A stretch of 63,830 nt of DNA, counting the filler, from Sluysia triapertura (Eukaryota): NCBI GenBank assembly GCA_046118255.1. It is 5 parts of 5 records of this genome, joined end to end, with 100 filler letters (N's around TTAATTAATTAA, not from the genome) between each part and the next. Parts side by side here need not be neighbours in the genome. Positions count along the whole stretch, not along the records: positions 41,931 to 53,130 come from JBJNIA010187435.1; positions 53,231 to 63,830 come from JBJNIA010187346.1; 3 more parts are not named here. One strand, 5' to 3'. Numbering within the stretch: the stretch's first letter is position 1; every line of letters starts with the position of its first letter. Shown one piece after another: positions 52,973 to 63,830 of the stretch. The position numbers and the translations under genes were made by a program. The notes beneath the pieces are model-generated. The model did not search any database. It was not told where the DNA came from and was given only the letters and a program-made list of their open reading frames with translations.

Positions 52973-53130
52973 ATTATACTACTAAAATTTATGGTCTTGT
53001 TTACTAAAATAACGATAATGTTGCGTCTTTGAAATATTTGCTAAATATTAAGCTCACTATTAAAGTCCTATTTAGTTAAAATCTTAATAATTTCAATAGC
53101 TAGTATACTGAATTTAATTTTCTTATGTTC

Positions 53131-53230
53131 NNNNNNNNNNNNNNNNNNNNNNNNNNNNNNNNNNNNNNNNNNNNTTAATTAATTAANNNNNNNNNNNNNN
53201 NNNNNNNNNNNNNNNNNNNNNNNNNNNNNN
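53131..53230. other. Artificial contig-joining spacer
   Basis: Same 100-nt structure. Confidence 0.97.
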
Positions 53231-55169
53231 TCCTATTCGTTTGAATAATGTAGTAATATTTATATACAGAAATTATATATGCGCATTATTTCAAAGAAAC
53301 TAATTGCATTAATAATTAATAATAAGTAATTAATAATTTAATCATTACATTACAAATAAATAATAATATTTATTGTTATAATTTGACAATAAAAATTATA
53401 TTCAATATATGTGCATATGTGATCACATAACCAATGTGTAGTTTCAATACTAATTTTAAAATGATATAGTAAGAATAATATCCTATTTATTATTAACAAT
53501 AATATGCTTGTTTGTACTTTTGTTTTAATGCTTCGTTTGTTTAAAACTTATGTCTGAAGATTAAAGATTGATAAACACTACTATGCGTCGTTAATGTTAT
53601 TAATATCAGTTCAATTTACTTAAATGAAATCTCAATAATTTCAGTACTAACTAGATCAAATTTTATTATATTACTAATGATATTTATTCAACCCAAAAAT
53701 TACGTTCTTAATTTAAATTAATAACAATAACTCAATAATATAATAATTACAAAATTAAATGCAAGTCGTTAACAACAATAAAAATGACTGAATTTCAAAA
53801 TTAACCATAATCTATCCAATTTATGAAAATAATAATATTACTTAAATATTTTCGGATAGTTTTATTCTAACTTAATAACGATTAAATATTAATTTGGACA
53901 GATAAATCAAATTTATCAAGATTTAAAAGAAGTATAAATAATAATAATAATATTGCTTAAATATTTCAAAATGATTTTATTTTATCTTAGTAACAGAAAA
54001 ATTATTAAAATAATTTGGGCATGGATACTACCAAAAATCAAAATTATCAATAGCTAAAAAATTTATTGTTAATAATAATAAAATTATTACAATAACAGAA
54101 ATAAAATAATTAAGTCTTGATCTTATTGGAATTTTGTTTTTGAGAATATACCGTTATCATAATTATTTATAGTTTTTTTCTTGTAGGTTTGTACTGCAAT
54201 TATACTTAATTTTGGTAAATTTTAAACTAAACTAGTATTTGTTAATTCTAAATCGAATTTCTGTATTCAATTACTGGCATTGTTGTCCTTATTAAATTTC
54301 TCTTTTTCAAAAATAATAATAATACTTCAAAGTACATTATTCAATTTACAATGTATTATCTATAGAACTATAATTACACCAATACTACGTTACACAAACT
54401 CAAAACGAACAAAATAATAAATATAGTATTATAATACTTTTATAAGATATTTTAAAATGATTTTATTGCTAAATTTAAATTAGCAGGAAAAATATAAATA
54501 TGTTATATTATATTAAGTTAGGACAAAATTATGAAAATAAAACTTAAGAAAAATCTTTATAAAATATTGACTTTCAATTGGATTGATATTTACGAGCCTC
54601 GATCGATAATAGTACCATCAATCAGAATTAAACTTTAATTCGTTTGTGTGTCTAATTTACTATTTTATTGAGCTGATACAAAATTTATTACTAACTTATG
54701 TAATGCTTATTTCAATTATTGTAATCTTACTCATTCAGATATTTCAATTACAATTTAAAGCCGCCTTAAGACCTGTCAAACTATTTTTGAATTTGATGTT
54801 AGTCTTTTTGTACTTATAACACATAAACAATGAAAAAATGAACGGACAATTGTTTTGTATAAAGTTCTAGTGTCCAAGTGACCTAAATCATACTATTTAT
54901 TACTATTTTGAACAAGATTTGTTACATATTTTCTTAACTTTATTATTATTTTATTATAACTATTATTATTTTTATAATTTACACTTTCGATAAATTTCAT
55001 CCTTAGTTACAAAATTATTCTATAATTTATAGATTTACGATACAAGAAATATTAAAAAATTTAAGAAGAAATAGTTGAAGAATATAAAAGATAGTCACAA
55101 TTTTTGCTTATTATCAATTTACATGTCCCAGATTCGATGATATATTTTTCCTGGAATAAATCAATGTTT

Positions 55170-55334
55170 NNNNNNNNNNNNNNNNNNNNNNNNNNNNNNN
55201 NNNNNNNNNNNNNNNNNNNNNNNNNNNNNNNNNNNNNNNNNNNNNNNNNNNNNNNNNNNNNNNNNNNNNNNNNNNNNNNNNNNNNNNNNNNNNNNNNNNN
55301 NNNNNNNNNNNNNNNNNNNNNNNNNNNNNNNNNN
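55170..55334. other. Scaffold gap (165 N)
   Basis: Plain N run. Confidence 0.97.
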
Positions 55335-56739
55335 TAATAATAGTAATAAACAATTAAAAGTGATATAAAAGTGCTGCAAATGTTTCATTATGAAAAGCAA
55401 TAGAAAAAATATTTTTGGCGGTGTTACCGAAATTGAAAGTATAAAAAAATAAATAATTTTCAAATAGCAACTTTTATAAAGATAACAACAATTAAAATTA
55501 AGAAATTTCTAAAGACAGAATTTAATTATTATTATTATGTACTTTTACTAAGGAAACTTTGATAAATTATTGTAATAATTTGATAATTGATTTAAATATA
55601 TTTTTATAACCAAATATGACTTTGTTCAAACTTATCTATTGAAGTACGAATCCGTAATTATAGTTTTATACGTTGTATGATTTTATTTATATCAAGAAAT
55701 TTTATTATCTTTTTTTGCAAATGGAAAACATTTATTTTTATTGTTCTTTTTTATAATTATAAATATTTAATTTAAGCTTAATGCCTTTGACATTAATTCG
55801 AACAAAATAAATAAATTTAAAATGCAAGACTTTATATTAGCTAATAAGATAATGTAAAGAAAACATAACCAGCTTAAAGTCTTAATTGGACATGAACATA
55901 TAGTCATATCTCGATTTCTGGGCATCATTCGTCTTTAAATTACTTTAAATATTACTAAATTACTAAATTTAAAAACTATTATTGTAAATAATAACAAACA
56001 TCACAGTTAATTTGTATTTTTATTTATATATTTATTATAGTTATATAAACCAATCAGGCATTAGTGTAAAAATAGATACTATATTAATTAATCTTGAATT
56101 GAATGAATTCAATTAATTAATGTTAATTATAGTATATTATTATTAATTTTAAAATTACTACAGGCGAGCCCAGTAAATATTTATGTCTTGTAGATGTAAA
56201 AAAAACCTTCTAAAACTTATAAATTTCTGGAGTACTAAACAATACTAAAATTTACTAAATAAATATTCTATATTTGTATTAGTTATTATATTCGATAGCC
56301 ACACTTATTTATCAAAATTTACATTGTATTGTTCTTTTCTTATTCTTCTTATTTCTAAAAGCAATTATTTGCAACAATTGCCATTCGATTTATTAATGAT
56401 TAATTAATAAAAAGTGTTTGTTTCAAATATTTAATTAATTAATTTATAGTTTTTTAATTAATATTTATAGTTTGTAATTAAATAATTGTTTTTATTCGAA
56501 GTAGATATTGAACTTCGTTGAAACTTAAGTTTGTTAAATATTTTTCAGAAACGAAAACAATAATATTTATTATTCTTTTTATATAAATAAATAAAAATAA
56601 CAATACATTTTATCAATGAAATGTTTACTTATGTTAATACCAATTTTGGGCTCTTCTTTTAAAGGGAACATTTATCAATTTATTAAATAATTATTAAAAG
56701 ATTGCTGAAGTTCAGTTATGTAATAATAACAAAAATAAT

Positions 56740-57205
56740 AATAATAATAATAAAAATAATAGTAATAATATATTAACTTATATTGTACTCACATCTACTC
56801 CATAGTAAGTACTCAATATTTCTGAAACAGAAACAACTTTGCCTTTTTCTTAAATATTTCTTAATCTTCCAGTAATTTGACATTTTCTGGTAACTGGTTG
56901 TATATTTTTTAAATATAAACGATATACAACCTATCACCTTGCTTATTATCACTGTGGATTCTGTATAGATTATTATTATCCTTCTTGATTTCCATTTTTT
57001 TAATTATTTCTAAAAATGCTTCTGTAATGTAAGCATTTGTAAATTATTGTCATGATTTTGAATTATATTCTTGCTTTTATTGGCAACCAATGCAATTTCT
57101 TAAGATAAGGTGTTACATGAGCAACCTTCTCCCCACTTGGAGAATTAGTCTTGCTGCTTGATTAATTATTAATTGTAATTTTTTTCACTTTTCTATAAAC
57201 CATGG
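56740..57205 (-). mobile_element. L2-type LINE 3' end (second copy of the same family)
   Basis: KLQLIINQAARLI...HVTPYLKKLHWLPIKARI*FKIMTIIYKCLH is the classic L2 C-terminal motif. It ends in a (TTA)n-like tail. Confidence 0.85.
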
Positions 57206-57414
57206 TTTAATTTAATTAATATTCAATAAATGAATTTTAAAATAAATTTCTGTAATTAAACGATTTTTAAAGCTAAATATAAACAAAATTTAATTTTATT
57301 ATTTATTAATCAAAATAAATAATGTAAACAAAGTTAGCATGATAATTTTGTTTATTTTGTTTTTTACAAAAGCAAACATTTTTTTAACAATTCGTACAGA
57401 CAATAGTGTTAGGT

Positions 57415-57640
57415 TGTCATCACAACCTTTTCAGATTATAAAATTATTAAAATAAACCATTTAAAATCGCTAATACCCAAAAAAGAAAACTTGTTACTAA
57501 AAATAGAAAAAAGTTTCTAGAATATTCCATATATTACTATTGGTTGATGACTAGTATATAAACTGGTGAAAATCCCCATTTTTAATGTCAACCATATTGG
57601 ATATTAATCATCATTTTGTAGTTAGTTTGTCAGAGTTATT
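57415..57640 (+). repeat. LTR-like dispersed repeat, copy A
   Basis: Begins TGTCATCAC. Shares AAAAATAGAA..AGTTTCTA and TTGG.TGA.GACTAGTATATAAACT (TATA-like) with 62780-63012, and partly with 61140-61330. Confidence 0.55.
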
Positions 57641-58326
57641 TCAAATTTTCAAATTTTATTGCAGTGATCCAGATATTCAGTCAATTAACTGATTGCGTTT
57701 TATCTAATTGTATCCATTCTTCTGGTGTCCAACCTTATCATTCAAAATTGTAAATACATCACAACACACTAAAGTTCATATTTCCACAACATTAAAGCCA
57801 TAAATAACATTATAAATCATTAAATGTGTAATTCAAATTCAAATATAACAGTGTTGTAAATGGAATTTCTTTAATTTCTTTTTACATTTTTATCATACCA
57901 CAACATGTACTTTTCCTTCAACAATCAATTTGGCGAATATCAAACACAACACCTTCAAACCGAACTATTTCAACGTTATGCAATAACCAACAGATCTGTT
58001 AAGAAATAGGAACATTAAAAGGAACTAGGAATTATAAAGAATGTATTTTCTCATAGAAATTAAACAATAAATAAGGATAGAAGACGAAGAACAAATTTTT
58101 AAAGAAACATTTTCACAATAGCAGCAGTAGTAGTAGTAGTAGTTTATAGACAGTTTAATTAACGACTCTCAGTTAGTATTTGCTTAGATATAGTTACAGA
58201 AACGCCATCTTTACAATGTTTACTGTTGTATGTTAAGAGTAGAAAACCCACAGATAATGGTTTTTAAAAAGTGTTTCAAAAATGGAGAATTATATTCTTT
58301 TTTGTTTCGAAACTAAAATTATTTTC

Positions 58327-60081
58327 CAGTAAACTCACGATTATCTGTGCGCGGATTATCCGTGGATAATATTTAGAAAATGCATACTTGTTTAAATAAA
58401 TACATATCTATTTATTTTAAGAAGTACAATTTTAATTTTATTGATTTTCTATTGATTTACTGGTACGTATTGTATTATTTTTCTTTAGGTTTAAAATTCC
58501 TTATGATAATTAAAAATTAAATATTTTAAATTTTAAATTATTTTATAAAAATACTCTATCGCAATGACAAATAATCGCAAAAGAGTCGTATTGACTGTGA
58601 AACAAAAATGAGTGGAAAGGGTGGAAATGGTAAATCCACATCGAACCTTTCGGAAGAATACGGAGTTGGTACTCAAACAGTTCGCGATATAATTAAGCAA
58701 AAAAGAAAGTTGGAGGAGTTTACAGAGATTGTGATAGTAATGCAGGTGCTTCAACTCGGAAAAGTATGAAAGTGTCATCAAATGAAGATTTAGATACAGC
58801 TATATTTAAATGGTTTAATCAAAAACGAGCAGAAGGAATGCCAATTACATAAAGCCAAATTCTTTTATGATTCATTTGGATTAAAAGACGACTTTAACGC
58901 ATCTTCTGGATGACTAACCAGATTTAAGAAACTTTATGGTATCCGTGAGCTTGCAATCCAAGGAGAGCGTTTAGTGGAGGTGTTGACGGCGCTACTAAAT
59001 TCCGGATTGAATTTGAGGAATATGTTCAGACAAATGATTTGGAACCCGACCAAATATATATTGCCCACGCGACAAGCTTATACTGGAAGTGTTTGTGTGC
59101 AAAGACAAATCATCGACTCCAGGCCATAAATCATCTAAAATGAAACTTCTCGTGATTGGAAAATCAAAAAAGCCAAGATCATTTAAAGTAACAGAAATAA
59201 AGAATGATCCTATTGACTACACAATCACAAAGGAGCATGGATGGATAGGATCTTTGAACATTGGTTTAAAAATAAATGGATCCAGGAAATTCGAGCTTTT
59301 TTAAAAAGAAAGGCAGTACTGTTATTAGATAATGCTCCTTGTCATTCAAATGAAAGCATACTGAAAACACACGACGGCCTTTAGTTACAAAATTTTTACC
59401 ACCTAATGTGACATCTTTAATTCAACCTGTATATCAAGGGGTTATCTCTTTAATGAAACGCCATTATCACAATTATTTCCTTAGAAGCTTTTAATGAATG
59501 AGAATGACGATTTAATGAATTTATACAATATATGGAGCAAAATTTTTGAAAATTTTGTCAAATGTAGAAAGTAATGTTTTGGACTCTATCGAACCTGAGA
59601 TATGTAACACTTCAGAATTATATGAACTAATGAAAAATTTAAATGGCTGTGAAAATGTTGATGACCAAAATATTGAGAAATGGATGGAATTTGATTCATC
59701 TGATCCAGGATTCCCGATACACAATGACACGGATATTATTTCAAATCTAATTTCCAATCCAAATGAAAATGAAAGTGAGTCAGAAAGTGAGATAGAAGAT
59801 ATTACCAATCGTATTAGTCACGATACGGCACTAACTAGAATACGTCGATCAATGGAGCTTCCACTATAATAATGTAATATCTTTAAGAAAAATTCGATAT
59901 GATATTAAAAAGTCATTGAGAAATTCACTTAAACAAACCAAAATTATCGATTTGTTAATAAATCATTGAATGTATTTTCATTGTTTTTGTATTATACTAG
60001 TATTTTTTAAATTATTTTTGTATTTTCGATTATCTGTGCCGACCTTCACCATGACTAGTCCGAATAGCCAGGAGTTTACTG
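58327..60081 (+). mobile_element. Near full-length Tigger/pogo (jerky/TIGD-like) transposon with a pseudogenised transposase
   Basis: TIRs CAGTAAACTC.../...GAGTTTACTG-TA. Motifs KRVVLTVKQK, DLDTAIFKWFNQKRAEGMPI, FNASSG*LTRFK, KLLVIGKSKKPRSFK, LLLDNAPCH and LPPNVTSLIQP.YQGVI, with many frameshifts. Confidence 0.92.
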
Positions 60082-62325
60082 TAATTTTTAGTGCTTATTT
60101 GGTACAATATTAATTAAAACCGAAAGTTATTGTAAAAAATAGTTGAAATTTTGAAAGTATTGTTTGATTATTTTATCTGAAACCTGATCTCGTTTTGTTT
60201 TATTTGCTGGAATTATTTATTATTTCATAAATTATTTATTATTTCATAAATTAGTTATTATTTCATAAAAAAATTTGTTAAAGTTTTAAAGATTGAGTAA
60301 TATCCCATCGAATGATATTTTCTAAAGACTGGGTCTATATTTTTAAAACAAATATGTACTTTTTTATTAATTATGTACTTTTTTATTTATTATGTACTTT
60401 TAATTCAACATCTTTTATTCAGGATTTCCATTATGTAATGATTGATTCGATAGTAAATATTTTCGAATATCATCCAATGAAACCAGTTCTTCATCGAAAA
60501 TGATGACTAATGTAGTTGATTTGATCTTTATAACTTGTGCCAACTTTTTCATCGTAAAAACATCTTTCGTACAACTTCTTGTTCATATATTTTGCTTACT
60601 TCACAAGTACAAGATCGGAAATTGATCCATTTCGATTAATATGCTGTATTTTCATTTTCCGGGTCCACTTTGTCCAGTGATATTATATTCTTTTTTGTTG
60701 AAGAATGCATTTATTTTCTTTTTTACAAATGCCATTCTAACCAATCAAAACATATTGCTGTGATTTGCTTAACTATAAACCTACGGCAATGATCTTAAAA
60801 TATTTACTTTAAAAGACACTTATAATTCGTTTACAAAACTCTATTTAAATGTGCATTTATACAATCAAAACTGCTTACGAGAGTCTTAACAATTATAACT
60901 TATATAACCGAACGAAACCCTAGTAGAAGTAAAAATCGAATAATGAATTTATAATTAAAAATTGTATGGATCTTTAATTCAATGTTCTTTGATTTTAATA
61001 TGCAAATTTTCCACCTCATTTGATAGGATTTTAAAATAATATAATCAAAATTTAAGTGGATTTTAGTATTTTGATTATAAAAATCAAAACGTCATCAACA
61101 ATAAAAAAGTTTACTCATTGCATGGAATTGAACTGAATTCCAATATGGCGTCAGAAGAACAGGGAATTGAATTTTAAATAGTGTTTTAATATTGCGTTTT
61201 AAAAATGTGATTCTTTATGATTAGCTGTAGCTATTAATGCAAACACACAAAGAGTAGAATTCAAGAATGTTAGAGAACATTCTAGAAACTTCTTTTTTAT
61301 TTTTAATATGGAGTTTTCTTTTTTAGAAAAAATGATTTATTTTTAAGAAAAATATTTTCTTTTTTTTCTTTTCTTACTTTCATCGTACGCCCTCAATAAT
61401 AATGGTACAATAACGATAATAAATATTATAATAATAATAATAATGAAGGCATAAACGTCTATTTTTGAAATTTGAAATGCCCATAATAAACAGTTTTGAT
61501 CATAAATTGAATAACTTAGAAATTACTGAATTTAAGGCTTGTCCACTGGATTTATATCAAAGAATAAAATATGAAAGTTTATTTAATTTAATGTAAATAC
61601 ATTCAATAATAATCACAATGGACTTTATGACTATGTTAGTTTGCTACGAAATAGATGTATAATAATACAATGTATATTATATAATATTATAACTGTAATT
61701 TAATTTATTGTCCCTTAATTTATGGACTTGTTTAAAATAGTTTTTTAAAAAGCGTTGATTAAAATTTGAGGTAGAATTAATAAACAGTGTAAATAAATTA
61801 TAAAGACATAAATTGCAATACTAAAGTTATTAAAACTTTAAGATTTTAATGGTCTATTTAAAATGACCAGAAAATAAATTAAATTAAGTGAATTTTAGAT
61901 ATCATTTAAAGGCATCAAAACTTATTAATAAAAAATCTGACGTGTAACTATGTTCAAGAAATTTTTGTTTTCTAATTATCCTCCAACACCGTATAAATGA
62001 TTGATTCGTTTATTTCTTATTTGAATTAATCTTTACTTTTATATATCGAATAAGGAATAAATTTATTAATTCAAAAAAGTAAAACTTTATTTTAATTTTT
62101 AAAAGTTTTTTGAAAACGAGTTTTAAGTTTGTCCCAAGAAGAATCCGACAGGAATTTTAATTTGGAAATTCCTTTAATGCAAGATTAAAATAGACTTAAA
62201 TTGATTCTTTTTGGAAATTTAAGATATTACTTATATGTCTAATTTAAAATATAAAATTGTATTAAGTTTTATTGTGTAATTGTATTTTTATTGTGTATTA
62301 TTGTGTATGTTGTGTTTTTCTTAAA

Positions 62326-62410
62326 GCTAAACCTACGGCAAAATAAAATTGAGCAGGGTCCGGTTACAGTAAACGTCTTACAACTTGCAGTTGGCGCTTG
62401 ATAAGTTAAC
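62326..62410 (-). repeat. Structured dispersed repeat, copy 2
   Basis: The reverse complement GCGCCAACTGCAAGTTGTAAGACGTTTACTGTAACCGGACCCTGCTC matches positions 27-71. Confidence 0.75.
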
Positions 62411-62779
62411 TATATTCACTTTAAAAATACGTTTAGTACGTTCCTAATGATTTTTAAGACTCTTTTAACACAATAAAGAAAATTTCCATTATTTTTACTT
62501 ATATTAAACTAAATGTAAGGCTGGAACACAAAATTTATACAATGGAAACAACAAAAATAGAACTTTAATATTATTTTAAGATCAAAATCCTCTTTAAATC
62601 ATATTTTCTTTAAAAATTTACCTGGAAAGTTTCCCTCAATATATCGGGGTTCTTACACTATTAGAATTAAATTTGATTTTACGTGCAGTTTACGATTTTG
62701 ACTTATGAAAATCAAAATCACCTTAAAACAAAATAATTTACCCTCTCATGGAATGAAATAAAATCTTCCAAGCCGATCT

Positions 62780-63012
62780 GACAATGTTACTAATTGCACC
62801 TTCAAAATGGCGTTGAATATCGACAAATTATATTTGTAAAACGGCGATTTTCATTAAACTGATGCTAGTTTATATACTAGTCTTCATCCAATGAAAATCT
62901 AACATTTTAGAAACTTCTATTCTATTTTTAGAATTTTCTTTTTTCGAAATTTTATTTTATTTTTTAGACATTTTTAAATAATTTTAAAGCATTTTAAGGG
63001 GTCGTGATGACA
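62780..63012 (-). repeat. LTR-like dispersed repeat, copy B
   Basis: The reverse complement begins TGTCATCACGACCCC and aligns by eye with 57415-57640. Confidence 0.55.
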
Positions 63013-63154
63013 TCATAACATGTACTTTTACATCGTTGTATATTCGGTTATATTAAAATTCTTAATTTTTATTAGTACGCATCATTTATGAGATTTTTCT
63101 TTTTAATAAGTACTAATAAGTACTAATACGAATTATACAACGTTGTACAGTCAA

Positions 63155-63830
63155 TCATATTATGGAAAATTCAGTTTGATGAGATTTTAAATTGTTATGA
63201 TGACCGAGTGTCATGATATATTTAAAGCGTTTAGATTGGAGAAGAAGTTCATTTGATTGACTTTCGTTATCAAAAGGGTCAATCACAGTTGTGTTGTTTT
63301 CGAAAATCAAACTGTAGTGCAAGATTTTGTAATAATTATTCACCATTATCTTAACAGTACTCGATTTTGCGTTAGGATAAAATTCCTTTTTTAAAACGTT
63401 TAATAGTGAAATTTCGAACATAAAACTTAAGTCATTAAAATAAAAATGTTTTATGGAATTATTTATTAATATTACACAAATTTGGAAAAGATATAAATTG
63501 TTATCGTGGCTACACCTCAGCGATATCTTCTTCTTCGTGGATTCAGACTCTTGATATATGTATCTGGAAAAAAAACAACAAAATAAAACATAGTTAATAC
63601 TTATAGGTGAATTAATAGGATGATAATTCTTACCCAATAGTAATCTAGCTGCGCCATTGGGATTGCTCACGTATCTCGTGCTTGCATCGATGCCAAATAC
63701 GTAGTTCGGTTCACCTTCCAGACTAATTGTAAGGCTTACACATTTTCTGACATTGAATATTTGTTTCGAACAATCATTGAGGCTATTTACATAATTCATC
63801 TCTCCACTAACATTCAATATTTTATCGTAG
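63155..63830 (-). CDS. Unidentified ORF running in from the window end; probable 70-nt intron at 63564-63633
   Basis: 220-codon ORF. Strong G|GTAAG donor and TTTTTTCCAG acceptor; splicing would end the protein ...LLGDTYIKSLNPRRRRYR*. Confidence 0.35.
   Translation of the reverse strand, partial: YDKILNVSGEMNYVNSLNDCSKQIFNVRKCVSLTISLEGEPNYVFGIDASTRYVSNPNGAARLLLGKNYHPINSPISINYVLFCCFFSRYIYQESESTKKKISLRCSHDNNLYLFQICVILINNSIKHFYFNDLSFMFEISLLNVLKKEFYPNAKSSTVKIMVNNYYKILHYSLIFENNTTVIDPFDNESQSNELLLQSKRFKYIMTLGHHNNLKSHQTEFSII

Noticed and set aside
55104-55463. ORFs spanning N gaps (also 35854-36069)
   Set aside because: Artefacts of translating N runs.

Overview
Very AT-rich eukaryotic (metazoan-like) genomic DNA. 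It is made of at least five small scaffolds joined by artificial 100-nt spacers (44 N + TTAATTAATTAA + 44 N), plus two ordinary N gaps, so adjacency across the spacers means nothing biologically. The only well-supported long gene is a spliced minus-strand SEC24 (A/B-type COPII coat subunit). Six exons were traced from 25710 to 15324, with introns of 35 nt to about 4 kb; the C-terminal exon(s) were not found. There is also a neuralized/NHR-domain exon, a few orphan exons or ORFs, and one tRNA-like element. The rest is decayed sequence. Pseudogene fragments resemble SRSF1/9, SUMO, a RhoGAP (nested in a SEC24 intron), PXMP4 and a tandem CCCH zinc-finger protein. Mobile-element relics include Tigger/pogo, piggyBac, hAT, L2-type LINEs, a Polinton-type protein-primed DNA polymerase, an LTR-like repeat and a TGT...ACA MITE. 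The most curious unexplained items are a dispersed repeat that folds into a three-way junction with a compensatory change, a tRNA-like gene enclosed by a 10-bp inverted repeat, and a divergent P-loop/SF3-helicase-like ORF. No prokaryotic-type system such as CRISPR or an operon is present. All family assignments come from motifs recognised by eye, not from database searches.
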